From: Microlunatus sp. | GTDB taxonomy: Bacteria > Actinomycetota > Actinomycetes > Propionibacteriales > Propionibacteriaceae | DNA length: 46,934 nucleotides | Assembly: GCA_035719255.1 (NCBI GenBank) | Contig: DASTGF010000084.1 | Coordinates: 1 to 46,934 of the forward strand | Reading direction: 5' to 3' | Part shown: piece after piece, positions 28,093 to 38,596 of the stretch | How the letters are laid out: each line of letters begins with the position of its first letter | Numbering within the stretch: the first letter of the stretch is position 1 | The notes under the pieces: generated by a model | The model's database searches: none | Told to the model about the DNA's origin: nothing | Seen by the model: the letters and a program-made list of their open reading frames with translations, nothing else | Position numbers and translations under genes: made by a program

Positions 28093-28536
28093 ATGAAGCT
28101 GGCCTACCGCATCATCGCCTACGTCATCTCCCTCGGCGTCGCCCTCCAGGCCGCGTCCATCGCCCTGGCCTTCACCGGCCTGTTCTCCTGGATCTCCGGC
28201 GGCAACACCGTGACGCGGGCGGTGCTGACCGCCGAGACGGGCGGCTTCCCGGGGCAGGGCGGCCTGGGCTTCCACGAGGTGCTCGGCATGGTGATCATGC
28301 CGCTGCTCGGGCTGGCGCTCCTTGTGCTGGGCTTCTTCGTGGGGGTGAAGGGAGCGGTGCTCTGGGGTGGGGTGGTGCTCGGCTCCATCGTGCTGCAGAT
28401 CGCCTTCGCCGAGCTGATCCGCGTCGCCTGGGTGTTCGGCGCGCTGCACGGGCTGTTCGCCTTCGGGGTGCTCGCCTTCGCGACCGTGGCCGCCACTCGG
28501 GTGGCCCGCGCCGAGCGGGGCACCCTGGCCGCCTGA
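28093..28536 (+). CDS. Hypothetical four-TM membrane protein
   Basis: Four hydrophobic segments, strong GC3 codon bias, His in FHEVLG and LHGLFA. Confidence 0.75.
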   Translation: MKLAYRIIAYVISLGVALQAASIALAFTGLFSWISGGNTVTRAVLTAETGGFPGQGGLGFHEVLGMVIMPLLGLALLVLGFFVGVKGAVLWGGVVLGSIVLQIAFAELIRVAWVFGALHGLFAFGVLAFATVAATRVARAERGTLAA

Positions 28537-28575
28537 CACTCCGGCCTGTCGGACCCCTCCGCCACAATGAAGCGC

Positions 28576-29646
28576 ATGCAGCTACCTGTGATGCCGCCGG
28601 TCGCCCCGATGCTGGCCAAGGCGGTGCCACAGATCCCCGCCGGCGACTACTCCTACGAGCCGAAGTGGGACGGCTTCCGGTCGATCGTGTTCCGCGACGG
28701 TGCCGAGGTGGAGATCGGATCGCGCAACGAGAAGCCGATGACCCGCTACTTCCCCGAAGTCGTCGAGGCGATCACGGCGCAGCTACCGCCACGCTGCGTG
28801 CTGGACGGGGAGATCGTCGTCGTGGTCGGCGACCGGCTGGAGTTCGAGGTGCTCCAGCAGCGGATCCACCCGGCGGCGAGCCGGGTGAAGATGCTGTCGG
28901 AGACCACACCGGCCCGGTTCATCGCCTTCGACCTCCTCGCGCTGGATGACACCGACTACACCGCGCGACCGTTCACCGAGCGCAGGGCCGCGCTCGAGCA
29001 GGCGCTGAGTGATGTTCGCGACCCGATCCACCTGACGCCGATCACGCGCGACGCCACGGTGGCGGCGGAGTGGTTCTCGCAGTTCGAGGGCGCGGGTCTC
29101 GACGGGATCGTCGCCAAGCCGCTGAAGGGGACGTACCAGCCGGACAAGCGGGTGATGGCCAAGATCAAGCACCAGCGGACGGCGGACTGTGTCGTTGCCG
29201 GATACCGGGTGCACAAGAGCGGTCCCGACGCCATCGGGTCGTTGCTGCTCGGTCTCTACACCGGCGAGGGCGACCTGGCCTCCGTGGGTGTCATCGGGGC
29301 CTTCCCGGCGGCCCGCCGCAAGGAGCTCTTCAGCGAGCTCCAGCCACTGGTCACCAGCTTCGATGACCACCCGTGGGCCTGGGCCGGGCAGGTCGAGCCG
29401 GAGGGCCGTGCCCGTACTCCACGCAGCTCGGAGTACAGCCGGTGGAACGTCGGCAAGGACCTGTCGTTCGTGCCTCTGCGGCCCGAGCTGGTGGTCGAGG
29501 TGCGCTACGAGCACATGGAGGGCAGCCGCTTCCGGCATACCGCCCAGTTCAATCGCTGGCGGCCGGACCGGGATCCGCGCTCGTGCACGTACGAGCAACT
29601 GGAGGAACCGGTCTCCTACGACCTCGCTGACATCCTCTCCACCTGA
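28576..29646 (+). CDS. ligC: ATP-dependent DNA ligase, LigC type
   Basis: MQLPVMPPVAPMLAK, YEPKWDGFR, LDGEIV, FIAFDLL, RFRH..F.RWRPDR; -10 CACAAT 7 nt before ATG 28576. Confidence 0.9.
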   Translation: MQLPVMPPVAPMLAKAVPQIPAGDYSYEPKWDGFRSIVFRDGAEVEIGSRNEKPMTRYFPEVVEAITAQLPPRCVLDGEIVVVVGDRLEFEVLQQRIHPAASRVKMLSETTPARFIAFDLLALDDTDYTARPFTERRAALEQALSDVRDPIHLTPITRDATVAAEWFSQFEGAGLDGIVAKPLKGTYQPDKRVMAKIKHQRTADCVVAGYRVHKSGPDAIGSLLLGLYTGEGDLASVGVIGAFPAARRKELFSELQPLVTSFDDHPWAWAGQVEPEGRARTPRSSEYSRWNVGKDLSFVPLRPELVVEVRYEHMEGSRFRHTAQFNRWRPDRDPRSCTYEQLEEPVSYDLADILST

Positions 29647-29714
29647 GGGATGCCGCCGGGCCGCGCGCCTCGGACGACGCCGGTGATCCTGCCGCGGCGA
29701 TCTAGACTGCTGCG

Positions 29715-30437
29715 GTGCCCACCGCCAGCGAACCGGCCGTCCTCGCCGACGACGTGACGGTGCGTTTCGGCACCCAGGAGGTGCTCAGCGGGCTCACGCT
29801 GCGGGCCGAGCGGGCCCAGGTCACCGCGCTGCTGGGTCCGAACGGAGCCGGGAAGACCACGTTCCTGCGCTGCTGTACGGGGTTGATCAGCCCCGACGGG
29901 GGGCGCGTGTCGGTGCTCGGCGACCGCCCCGGCGCCCGGCTCGTGAGCGCCCGGGTCGGCTGGATGCCGCAGAGCACCGGCGCGTGGTCCGGCATCACCG
30001 CCCTGGAGTTGCTGCACTATCTCGCCAGCTTGTATGCCCATCCGCTGGCGGTCCCCGCCCTGGTGGAGCGGCTGGGCATCGGACCGTACGCCAAGACGCC
30101 CTATCGCCGGCTGTCCGGGGGCCAGCAACAGACCGTCAACCTCGCCGGCGCCGTCATCGGCCGACCCGAGGTGGTGTTCCTCGACGAGCCGACCGCCGGC
30201 CTCGATCCCCACGCCCGGCGCTCCAGCTGGGAGCTGGTCCGCGAGCTGCGGGCGGCCGGTGTCGGCGCGCTGCTGACCACGCACGCCATGGACGAGGCCG
30301 CGGCGCTGGCCGACGAGATCGTCATCGTCGACCGCGGTCGGGTCGCGGTCGCCGGCACCGTCGCCGAACTGACCGCCGGTGGCGGCACGTTGGAGGACGT
30401 CTTCCTCCGGCACACGCATGCGGAGGCCGGCCGATGA
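29715..30437 (+). CDS. ABC transporter ATP-binding protein (ABC-2 type)
   Basis: GPNGAGKT, LSGGQQQ, FLDEPTAGLDP; TAGACT 6 nt before GTG. Confidence 0.92.
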   Translation: MPTASEPAVLADDVTVRFGTQEVLSGLTLRAERAQVTALLGPNGAGKTTFLRCCTGLISPDGGRVSVLGDRPGARLVSARVGWMPQSTGAWSGITALELLHYLASLYAHPLAVPALVERLGIGPYAKTPYRRLSGGQQQTVNLAGAVIGRPEVVFLDEPTAGLDPHARRSSWELVRELRAAGVGALLTTHAMDEAAALADEIVIVDRGRVAVAGTVAELTAGGGTLEDVFLRHTHAEAGR

Positions 30438-31213
30438 GCGCGCTCGGCTCCCCCGCCGCACTGGATCTGCGTCCCGCACCCGGCGCGGCGACGCCGTACC
30501 GGCGGGTGACGGCGCACGCCCGGACCGAGACGCGGCTGCTGCTCCGCAACGGCGAGCAGCTGTTGCTCGCGCTCGCGATCCCGATCGGCATCCTGGTGCT
30601 CGGTCGGGTGCTCGGCGGGTCGTTCGGAAGCCTCGCCGTGCTGGCACCGTCCGTCCTGGGCCTCGCCCTGTGGTCGTCGACCTTCACCTCGCTGGCCATC
30701 GCGACCGGTTTCGAGCGCCGCTACGGCGTGCTCGAGCGGCTGGCGGCGACCCCGCTGGGCCGGGCCGGTCTCCTCACCGGCAAGGCGCTCGCCGTGACCG
30801 CGATCGCGGTCGGCCAGGTCGCCGTCCTCGCGCTGGTGTCCACCGCCCTCGGCTGGCGCCCGGACTGGACCGCCGCGTCCCTCACGGTGTCGATCATCGG
30901 CGCACTGCTCGCCGCGGTGAGCTTCGGTTCGTTGGCGCTGCTGCTGGCCGGCCGGCTCCGAGCCGAGGTGACGCTGGCGCTGGCCAACGTCATCTATGTC
31001 GTCGGTCTCGCCGCCGGTGGGCTGCTGCTGCCGGTGACGCGCTATCCGGCGGCGCTGCAGCCCTGGTTGGAGCTGCTGCCCACCGCGGCGCTCGGTGAGA
31101 TCCTCCGGGCCGGCGCCACCGGAATCGTCCTGCTCTGGCCGCTGCTCGTGCTTGCGGTGTGGTCCGTCGCGGCCGGACTCGCCGCGTGGAAAGGGTTTCG
31201 ATGGACGTCATGA
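30434..31213 (+). CDS. ABC-2 type permease
   Basis: LLLRNGEQLLL, AIATGFERRYGVL, about 6 TM; ATGA overlap. Confidence 0.9.
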   Translation: MSALGSPAALDLRPAPGAATPYRRVTAHARTETRLLLRNGEQLLLALAIPIGILVLGRVLGGSFGSLAVLAPSVLGLALWSSTFTSLAIATGFERRYGVLERLAATPLGRAGLLTGKALAVTAIAVGQVAVLALVSTALGWRPDWTAASLTVSIIGALLAAVSFGSLALLLAGRLRAEVTLALANVIYVVGLAAGGLLLPVTRYPAALQPWLELLPTAALGEILRAGATGIVLLWPLLVLAVWSVAAGLAAWKGFRWTS

Positions 31214-32124
31214 CCCATCCGGCGCTCCGGATCGTCGGCGGTCCGCGGGCGCTGCGGCGCTGGGCGGTGGCCGGCCTGGTGGCCAACATCGTCATCCTGG
31301 TCACCGGCGCGCTGGTCCGCCTCACCGCGTCCGGGCTGGGCTGCCCGACCTGGCCGCGGTGTACCGAGGACTCCTACGTCAGTCATCCCGCGCTCGGTAT
31401 CCATGGTGCGATCGAGTTCGGCAACCGTTTGCTCACTTTTGCCCTGATCGTGGTCGCCGTGCTCACCTTCGTCAGCGCGATGCTGCACCGACCGAGGGAT
31501 CGGCGGTTGCGCTGGCTGACCGCGGGGCTCGCCCTCGGCATCCCCGCTCAGGCGGTGGTAGGTGGCATCACGGTGCTCACCAAGCTGAACCCGTTCGTGG
31601 TCGCCCTGCACCTGCTGCTCTCCCTGGTGCTGATCGCGCTGTCGGTCTGGTTGATCCGGCTGACCCGCAATCTCCGGGCACAACCGGCCTCGGCCTGGGG
31701 CGTCCGGTTCGCCCGGATCGCGTTCGTCGGGATGTGGGTCGCGGTCTGGCTGGGCACCGTGACCACGGGCAGCGGACCGCACGCCGGCGACCAGTACGCG
31801 GTCCGAACCGGATTCGATCCCGCCCTGGTCGCGCACCTCCACGCGCTTGCCGTGTACGCGACCATCGCTGCCACCTTCGGGATGGTGTTCGTGGTCCGCA
31901 ACACCGCATCGCTGCTGCTGCTGGCGGTCGAGGTCGTCCAGGCCGGCATCGGGTTGAGCCAGTACCACCTCGGTCTGCCGATCGGGCTCGTGCTGCTCCA
32001 TCTGCTGGGCGCGGCACTCGCGTTGGCGGCCGCCACCAACGTGCTGCTGTCGGTACGGGCCGCCGATCCCCGGTCCCAGGACGCACGCCCGGATCCGGTC
32101 AGCCAGGTCGCACCCCGGGGCTGA
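31210..32124 (+). CDS. ctaA: Heme A synthase (COX15/CtaA family)
   Basis: TGALVRLTASGLGCPTWPRC, IEFGNR, VALHLL, SGPHAGD, His-bearing TMs. Confidence 0.88.
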   Translation: MTHPALRIVGGPRALRRWAVAGLVANIVILVTGALVRLTASGLGCPTWPRCTEDSYVSHPALGIHGAIEFGNRLLTFALIVVAVLTFVSAMLHRPRDRRLRWLTAGLALGIPAQAVVGGITVLTKLNPFVVALHLLLSLVLIALSVWLIRLTRNLRAQPASAWGVRFARIAFVGMWVAVWLGTVTTGSGPHAGDQYAVRTGFDPALVAHLHALAVYATIAATFGMVFVVRNTASLLLLAVEVVQAGIGLSQYHLGLPIGLVLLHLLGAALALAAATNVLLSVRAADPRSQDARPDPVSQVAPRG

Positions 32125-33481
32125 GCGCCGCGGAGAGCCGGTCGACGACCATCGCCATCGCCTCGGCCACCCGCTGCGGTTCGGGCAGCACGTCCGGATC
32201 CGCGATCACGACGATCGACATGGTTCCTGCGTAGGACAGCACCGCGACGTGCACCGCCACATTGCCGGGCGTGACGGTGATCGGCACGATCCGGGTGACG
32301 GCAGCACCGGCCAGCCGGACGGGCGCGGCCGGACCGCGCAGGTTGGTCTGGAAGGTGTGCACGAGCCGCTGGTGCTCGATGAACGGGAGGAAGAGCCCGA
32401 GTCGCGCCAGCACACGGAAGGCGAGCCCCAGCGGCACGCCGGAGGACGCCCGCGGCAGGCCGCGCCGGGACCGGGTGCGCTCGACCACCGCCGCCAGCCG
32501 GGCCCCGTCGTCGGCCACGGCCGGTACCGCGATCGGCCGGACCCCGGTGTCGTTGCCGAGCCGCCCTGCCGTGGTGCTCCGCCGGCCCGAGATCGGTACC
32601 GAGATGACCAGTTCACGGGGATGGTCCCCGGCCGCTGCGGCGAGGTCGAGCAAGGCCCCGCTCACTGCGGTCAGGACGACGTCGTTGACCGTGCCGCCCC
32701 AGGCGTGCGCAATCTCGACCAGCTGGGCCAACGGACGCTGAGCCACGGCCGCCCGGCGTCGAGGTCCGGTGGGTGCGACGAACCAGACTCGATCGGCGAG
32801 CCGGGGCCGGCCGCCACCGGTCAGGCCGAGCTCGCGCAGCCCGGCTGCGCCCCTTCGGAGCCCCGCAACCAGACGATGCCCGGCCGCCCGGTACGGATGG
32901 GATTCGGGCGGATGGGATTCGGGCCGGGGAGGGAGCGGCTGGGCTGCTGGGCGCCGGGCACCGGCCGGCCGGTCGGCCAGCGCGGCCAACACCGCCAGAC
33001 CACCCAGACCGTCGGTGACCACGTGATGGAGCACGATCACCAGGGCGCCGGCTTCTCCGTCGGAGCGCTGGACGATGCAGGCGCGCCACAACGGCCGGTC
33101 GCGAGGCAGCCGCTGGGTCGCCAGGGCGGCGGCGAGATCGAGGAGGGCACATGGGTCGGCGGTGTCAGGGCCGGCCACCACCTCGAGCTGTCGGTCGATC
33201 CCGAACCGCGGGTCGTCGACCCAGACCGGAGCGCGCCAGCGGGAGAGACCGTGCCGAGGCTTCCACAGGCGCTGCCGCAACCGTGGAACACGGCCGATGC
33301 GTGAGCTCAGCGCCGCTGTCAGGTCCGCCACGGACACGTGCGCGCCCGGGTCCAGCTCGAGCAGCGCGGCGATGTTCATCGGTGCCGGACCCCGGTCGGT
33401 GGCCAGTACGGTCCGGTCTCCCGCCCGCAACCGGTCCGGCGGCGGATGTCCGCCCCTGCTGGCTGCCACCGCGCGACTCAC
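32099..33481 (-). CDS. Wax ester synthase / diacylglycerol acyltransferase (WS/DGAT)
   Basis: Catalytic HHVVTDG, PVWVDDPRF, LPRDRPLW, GTVNDVVL, TNLRGP, LSYAG; converges on ctaA with a 26-bp overlap. Confidence 0.88.
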   Translation of the reverse strand: MSRAVAASRGGHPPPDRLRAGDRTVLATDRGPAPMNIAALLELDPGAHVSVADLTAALSSRIGRVPRLRQRLWKPRHGLSRWRAPVWVDDPRFGIDRQLEVVAGPDTADPCALLDLAAALATQRLPRDRPLWRACIVQRSDGEAGALVIVLHHVVTDGLGGLAVLAALADRPAGARRPAAQPLPPRPESHPPESHPYRAAGHRLVAGLRRGAAGLRELGLTGGGRPRLADRVWFVAPTGPRRRAAVAQRPLAQLVEIAHAWGGTVNDVVLTAVSGALLDLAAAAGDHPRELVISVPISGRRSTTAGRLGNDTGVRPIAVPAVADDGARLAAVVERTRSRRGLPRASSGVPLGLAFRVLARLGLFLPFIEHQRLVHTFQTNLRGPAAPVRLAGAAVTRIVPITVTPGNVAVHVAVLSYAGTMSIVVIADPDVLPEPQRVAEAMAMVVDRLSAALSPGVRPG

Positions 33482-33568
33482 AGCCTCACTTCACCGCGGT
33501 CCACGGCCGACCGGCCAGGGGCGGACGGCCTGGATCGCCGGGCCGAGGTGCCGCTGCGGGAGCCCGGG

Positions 33569-34090
33569 TCACAGCAGCCAGGCCGCCTTCCGATCGCCGT
33601 CCCACCGCCGGCAGGACTCGATTCGTGCGATGACCGGCTGGTCGGCCGTCCCGTCCAACGCGGCCAGTACCTCGCCGATCTGGACGACGGGAACCCGCCG
33701 GGCGAGAGTGACGTGCGGGCTCCACCGACCCGGGCCGAACTGACCGTCCGGAGGGGCGCCGCACGCGTCGGCGATCCGTTCCTGGAACTCCAGCAGCGCC
33801 CGGTTGGGCGTGATCGCGCGAACCAGGATCACCCGCCCCCGGCGCGGCCCGAAGAGCAGCAGGGAGCCCACCTGGATCTCGAGATCGAGGCCCGCCACGA
33901 TCTCGGGCAGCGCGGCCTCTGCCTCAACGGGGACCGTGTCTGCGGCGAACAGCGTGACGTGTGGCCGGTGATGCTCGCTCGGGGTGGCGCGTCGTTCGCT
34001 CGGCAGCCCGGCGTCGGCCAGGAGGTTCCACTGCCGCCGGACCGCAGCCTCGGCCCGCTCGTCGAGCAGGAGCTCGACCGATTGAGCCAC
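33569..34090 (-). CDS. 2H phosphoesterase (2'-5' RNA ligase family)
   Basis: Two HxT motifs (RPHVTL, SPHVTL). Confidence 0.85.
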   Translation of the reverse strand: MAQSVELLLDERAEAAVRRQWNLLADAGLPSERRATPSEHHRPHVTLFAADTVPVEAEAALPEIVAGLDLEIQVGSLLLFGPRRGRVILVRAITPNRALLEFQERIADACGAPPDGQFGPGRWSPHVTLARRVPVVQIGEVLAALDGTADQPVIARIESCRRWDGDRKAAWLL

Positions 34091-34114
34091 TCGCCCTCTC
34101 CCCGACGCGTCAGG

Positions 34115-35104
34115 TCAGCGCAGCAGCGGGTCGACCGCCGCGGCGACGAAGACCAGCGCAAGATAGGAGTTGGACCAGTGGAACAGCCGCATCGGTTTCA
34201 AGGCGGCGTCGGCCAGCCCGGCGCGAGCGCGCCTGAGCAGCTGAACGGACTCGGCCACGAGGACGACGCCCGCCACGGCCGCGACGGTTGGGTACAACCA
34301 GCCGGTCTGGGCCACCGGCCACAGGGTCAGCGAGACGAGAACGGTGACCACGGAGTACGCGAGGATGCGGACCGCGACCGCCGGGGCTTCCTTCACCACG
34401 GGCAACATCGGGACATCCGCCGCCGCGTAGTCCTCCCGGTAGCGGAACGCCAGCGCCCAGGTGTGCGGCGGCGTCCAGAAGAAGACGATGGCGAACAAGA
34501 TGAGGGGTGCGATGGCCAGCGAGTCGGTGACCGCGGTCCAGCCGATCAACGGCGGGAAGCAGCCGGCGATGCCACCCCAGACGATGTTCTGGCTGCTGCG
34601 GCGCTTGAGCCACAGCGTGTAGACGAAGACGTAGAACGCGTTGGCGGTCAGTGCCAAGCCCGCCGACAGCCAGTTGACCAGGAACCCCAGCCATACCGTC
34701 GCGAGGGCACCGAGCAGCACACCGAACACCGTCGCCGCGTACGTCCCCACCAGATGCCGCGGCAGGGGGCGCCGACGGGTGCGGCGCATCCGCTCGTCGA
34801 TGTCGCGATCGAGCACGGAGTTGAACACGTTCGCACTGGCCGCCGCCAGGCAGCCGCCGATCATCGTGTTCAGCACCAGCAGCAGGGGCGGTACCCCTGC
34901 AGCGGCGAGGAACATCGCGGGAACCGTGGTGACCAACAGCAGTTCGATGATTCGCGGCTTGGTCAGGCCGACGTACGCCGAGACCACGTCGCGCACCCGT
35001 GCCCGCGGGCCGGCGGCGTCGGTGCCGAGGAAAGCGGGTACACCTCCGGTGACGTCGCCCACTCGGTCCGCGGACACGGGACCGGACATGTCGAGGCTCG
35101 TCAC
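34115..35104 (-). CDS. ctaB: Heme O synthase (protoheme IX farnesyltransferase)
   Basis: LTKPRIIELL, DRDIDERMRRTRRRPL, NIVWGG, WTPPHTWAL; start set at GTG 35104, 7 nt after TAGACT. Confidence 0.92.
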   Translation of the reverse strand: MTSLDMSGPVSADRVGDVTGGVPAFLGTDAAGPRARVRDVVSAYVGLTKPRIIELLLVTTVPAMFLAAAGVPPLLLVLNTMIGGCLAAASANVFNSVLDRDIDERMRRTRRRPLPRHLVGTYAATVFGVLLGALATVWLGFLVNWLSAGLALTANAFYVFVYTLWLKRRSSQNIVWGGIAGCFPPLIGWTAVTDSLAIAPLILFAIVFFWTPPHTWALAFRYREDYAAADVPMLPVVKEAPAVAVRILAYSVVTVLVSLTLWPVAQTGWLYPTVAAVAGVVLVAESVQLLRRARAGLADAALKPMRLFHWSNSYLALVFVAAAVDPLLR

Positions 35105-35221
35105 GACAGGGAGTCTATGGCCCCGACCGCCGGAGGGGTCAAAGTGCCGCTTCGATAGGCTCGCCGATGTCACCATGTCCGGGCGAGAACTGCCCTGCCG
35201 AGAGCGGAAGGACCGCGAGCT

Positions 35222-37417
35222 GTGACCGAGACCACGACCTCCGACAACCTGTACCCCGACGGCTGGACCGAGCTCGACTCGCGAGCCGTCGACACGATCC
35301 GCGTGCTCGCGGCCGATGCGGTGCAGAAGGTCGGCAACGGCCACCCGGGGACGGCGATGAGCCTCGCCCCGGTGGCCTATCTGCTGTTCCAGAAGGAGAT
35401 GCGGCACAGTCCCGCGGACACCCACTGGCCGGGACGGGACCGGTTCGTACTCTCCTGTGGACACTCCTGCCTGACGCTGTACATCCAGCTGTACCTCGGT
35501 GGATTCGGGCTGGAGCTCGATGATCTCAAGGCGCTGCGGACCTGGGACTCCAGGACGCCGGGCCACCCGGAGTACGGCCACACACCCGGCGTTGAGATCA
35601 CCACCGGCCCCCTCGGCCAGGGTCTGGCCAACGCGGTCGGGATGGCGATGGCAGCTCGCCGCGAGCGCGGACTGCTCGACCCCGACGCCGCCCCGGGCAC
35701 CTCGCCGTTCGATCACCAGATCTATGTCCTGGCCTCCGACGGCGACATCGAGGAGGGTGTCACCTCCGAGGCGTCGTCGTTGGCGGGCACCCAGCGGCTC
35801 GGCAACCTGACGGTGATCTATGACCGCAATCACATCTCGATCGAGGACGACACCAATATCGCGCTGACCGAGGACACGGCGGCCCGCTACCGGGCGTACG
35901 GCTGGCACGTTCAGGAACTGGACTGGACCAACGGCGGTACTGAATACCGGGAGAACGTCCGCGAGCTGAGCGATGCGTTGGAAGCTGCCCGTCAGGTCAC
36001 CGATCGGCCGAGCTTCATCAGCCTGCGGACGATCATCGGCTGGCCGGCCCCCAACAAGCAGAACACCGGCGCCGCGCACGGATCGGCGCTCGGCGCCGAC
36101 GAGATCGCCGCGACCAAGACGATCCTCGGCTTCGACCCCGATCAGACGTTCGAGGTCTCCGACGAGGTGATCAAGCACACCCGCAGCCTGCGCGATCGCG
36201 GTGCCGAGGCGGTGGCCGAGTGGCAGCGGGGCTTCGACACCTGGGCCCAGGCCAATCCCGAGGCCCGGGCGATGTACGACCGGATGATCAACGACGAGCT
36301 CACCCCCGGCTGGGAGGACGCCCTGCCGAGCTGGGACGCCGACCCGAAGGGCATCGCGACCCGTGCCGCATCGGGCAAGGTGCTCAGCGCCCTGGCGCCG
36401 CAGCTGCCCGAGCTCTGGGGCGGTTCGGCCGACCTCGCAGAGTCCAACAACACGACCATGGAGGGTGTGCCGAGCTTCCTGCCGACCGACCGGCAGTCGA
36501 AGATGTTCCCGGGCAACCCGTACGGCCGAACGATGCATTTCGGCATCCGCGAGCACGCGATGGGCTCGATCCTCAACGGCATCAAGGTCCACGGCGGAAC
36601 CCGGCCGTATGGCGGCACCTTCCTGCAGTTCTCCGACTACATGCGTCCCGCGGTCCGGCTGGCAGCCCTGATGCGGCTCCCGGTGATCTTCGTCTGGACC
36701 CACGACTCGATCGGCTTGGGCGAGGACGGACCGACCCACCAGCCGATCGAGCACATCCCGGCGTTGCGCTGCATCCCCGGCCTCGACGTGGTCCGGCCCG
36801 CCGACGCCAACGAGACCGCCGCGGCCTGGGCCGCGATCTTGAAGAACACCGACCGTCCGGCCGGTCTGTGCCTGAGCCGGCAGAATCTGCCGATCGTCCC
36901 GCGCGGCACCGACGGCTTCGCCGACACCAGCGGAGTCGCCAAGGGTGCCTACGTCCTGCGCGACAGCGACGGCGAACCCGACGTCGTGCTGATCGGCACC
37001 GGATCGGAAGTGCAGTACGCTCTGACCGCCCAGGACCTGCTGGGCGCGGAAGGGGTCAAGGCCCGGGTCGTCTCCATGCCCTGCCGGGAGTGGTTCGACG
37101 AGCAGGATCAGGGGTACCGGGACTCGGTGATCCCGCCCCAGATTCGTGCCCGCGTCAGCGTCGAGGCGGCCATCCCGACGGGATGGCGCGACATCGTCGG
37201 CGATGCCGGACGGATCGTGAGCATTGATCACTACGGGGCGAGTGCGGCCGGCGCGAAGCTGTTCGAGGAGTTCGGCTTCTCGGGGGCGACCGTCGCCGCT
37301 GCCGCCCGGGAGAGCCTGGCGGCAGCGCAGTCGTCGGCGGCTCCGGTCCACGCCGCTCCCAGCGGCCCCAAGGCACCGGCGGATCTCGAACAGGATCCCG
37401 GCGTCACCGTCAGCTGA
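35222..37417 (+). CDS. tkt: Transketolase
   Basis: [50 protein letters not shown]. Confidence 0.97.
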   Translation: MTETTTSDNLYPDGWTELDSRAVDTIRVLAADAVQKVGNGHPGTAMSLAPVAYLLFQKEMRHSPADTHWPGRDRFVLSCGHSCLTLYIQLYLGGFGLELDDLKALRTWDSRTPGHPEYGHTPGVEITTGPLGQGLANAVGMAMAARRERGLLDPDAAPGTSPFDHQIYVLASDGDIEEGVTSEASSLAGTQRLGNLTVIYDRNHISIEDDTNIALTEDTAARYRAYGWHVQELDWTNGGTEYRENVRELSDALEAARQVTDRPSFISLRTIIGWPAPNKQNTGAAHGSALGADEIAATKTILGFDPDQTFEVSDEVIKHTRSLRDRGAEAVAEWQRGFDTWAQANPEARAMYDRMINDELTPGWEDALPSWDADPKGIATRAASGKVLSALAPQLPELWGGSADLAESNNTTMEGVPSFLPTDRQSKMFPGNPYGRTMHFGIREHAMGSILNGIKVHGGTRPYGGTFLQFSDYMRPAVRLAALMRLPVIFVWTHDSIGLGEDGPTHQPIEHIPALRCIPGLDVVRPADANETAAAWAAILKNTDRPAGLCLSRQNLPIVPRGTDGFADTSGVAKGAYVLRDSDGEPDVVLIGTGSEVQYALTAQDLLGAEGVKARVVSMPCREWFDEQDQGYRDSVIPPQIRARVSVEAAIPTGWRDIVGDAGRIVSIDHYGASAAGAKLFEEFGFSGATVAAAARESLAAAQSSAAPVHAAPSGPKAPADLEQDPGVTVS

Positions 37418-37444
37418 ACCAGCCCCCACGAAAGGCTCATCATC

Positions 37445-38596
37445 ATGAGCGAACGACTGCAGGCTCTGGCCGGCGCAGGCGTCTCCATCTGGCTCGACGA
37501 TCTGTCGCGGGATCGGATCACCACCGGCAACCTGGCCGAGCTGATCGCCGATTCCGGCGTCGTCGGGGTGACCACCAACCCGACGATCTTCGCCGCGGCT
37601 CTGTCGAAGGGCAACGCCTACGACGAGCAGATCCGTGAACTCGCCGCCCGCGACTCCAGCCTCGAGGACACCGTCAAGGCTCTGACCACCGACGACGTCC
37701 GGGATGCCTGCGACATCCTCCGGCCGGTCTACGACGCCACCGACGGATACGACGGCCGGGTGTCGATCGAGGTCGAGCCGGGCCTTGCCCGGGACACCGA
37801 CGCCACGATCGCGCAGGCGGCCGACCTGTTCAAGATCGTCGACCGACCGAACGTCCTGATCAAGATCCCCGCCACCGAACCCGGTCTGGCGGCGATCACC
37901 GCCTCGATCGCGGAGGGAATCAGCGTCAACGTCACCCTGATCTTCGCCCTAGAGCGCTACCGCCGCGTGATCGACGCCTATCTGGCCGGTCTGGAGCAGG
38001 CCGCGGCCAACGGTCATGATCTGTCCTCGATCCACTCGGTCGCCTCGTTCTTCGTGTCCCGGGTGGACACCGAGGTCGACAAGCGGCTCGACGCGATCGG
38101 CGGCGACGAGGCGCGGGCGCTCAAGGGCCAGGCCGCGATCGCCAACGCACGACTCGCCTACGCGATCTTCCAGGAGGCCTTCGCCGGTGAGCGGTTCGCC
38201 GCCCTCGCGGCACAGGGGGCGCACAAGCAGCGACCGCTCTGGGCTTCGACCGGGGTGAAGGACCCCTCGCTCCCGGACACCCTCTACGTCACCGAGCTCG
38301 TGGTTGCCGGCGCGGTGAACACCATGCCGGAGAAGACGATGCGAGCCTTCGCCGATCACGGTGAGGTCGACGGCGATACGGTGACCGGCACAGCAGGGCA
38401 GGCGCAGTCGGTGCTGGACAGGCTGGCCGCGCTCGGCATCGACTACGACGACGTCGTGGAGGTGCTGGAGAACGAGGGCGTGGACAAGTTCGTCGCGTCC
38501 TGGGCGGAGCTGGTGGAGACGGTCGAGACCGCGCTGAACGATGCTCAACAGGGCAAGCCCGATCCCGGAGCGGGCGCCGTGCCCGGTGACGCGTGA
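37445..38596 (+). CDS. tal: Transaldolase
   Basis: [38 protein letters not shown]. Confidence 0.96.
   Translation: MSERLQALAGAGVSIWLDDLSRDRITTGNLAELIADSGVVGVTTNPTIFAAALSKGNAYDEQIRELAARDSSLEDTVKALTTDDVRDACDILRPVYDATDGYDGRVSIEVEPGLARDTDATIAQAADLFKIVDRPNVLIKIPATEPGLAAITASIAEGISVNVTLIFALERYRRVIDAYLAGLEQAAANGHDLSSIHSVASFFVSRVDTEVDKRLDAIGGDEARALKGQAAIANARLAYAIFQEAFAGERFAALAAQGAHKQRPLWASTGVKDPSLPDTLYVTELVVAGAVNTMPEKTMRAFADHGEVDGDTVTGTAGQAQSVLDRLAALGIDYDDVVEVLENEGVDKFVASWAELVETVETALNDAQQGKPDPGAGAVPGDA

Noticed and set aside
23952-28949. Long plus-strand ORFs 23952..25940 and 27102..28949 and similar overlapping ORFs
   Set aside because: Arg/Pro/Gly-rich, motif-free off-frame or antisense ORFs over well-supported genes
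33515-33533. Weak DosR-like palindrome CCAGGGGCGGACGGCCTGG upstream of WS/DGAT
   Set aside because: Several mismatches to the core; cannot be told from chance in high-GC DNA without a PWM
34115-37429. Apparent 1104-aa heme O synthase fusion
   Set aside because: The N-terminal ~770 aa are antisense to tkt; ctaB most likely starts near 35104
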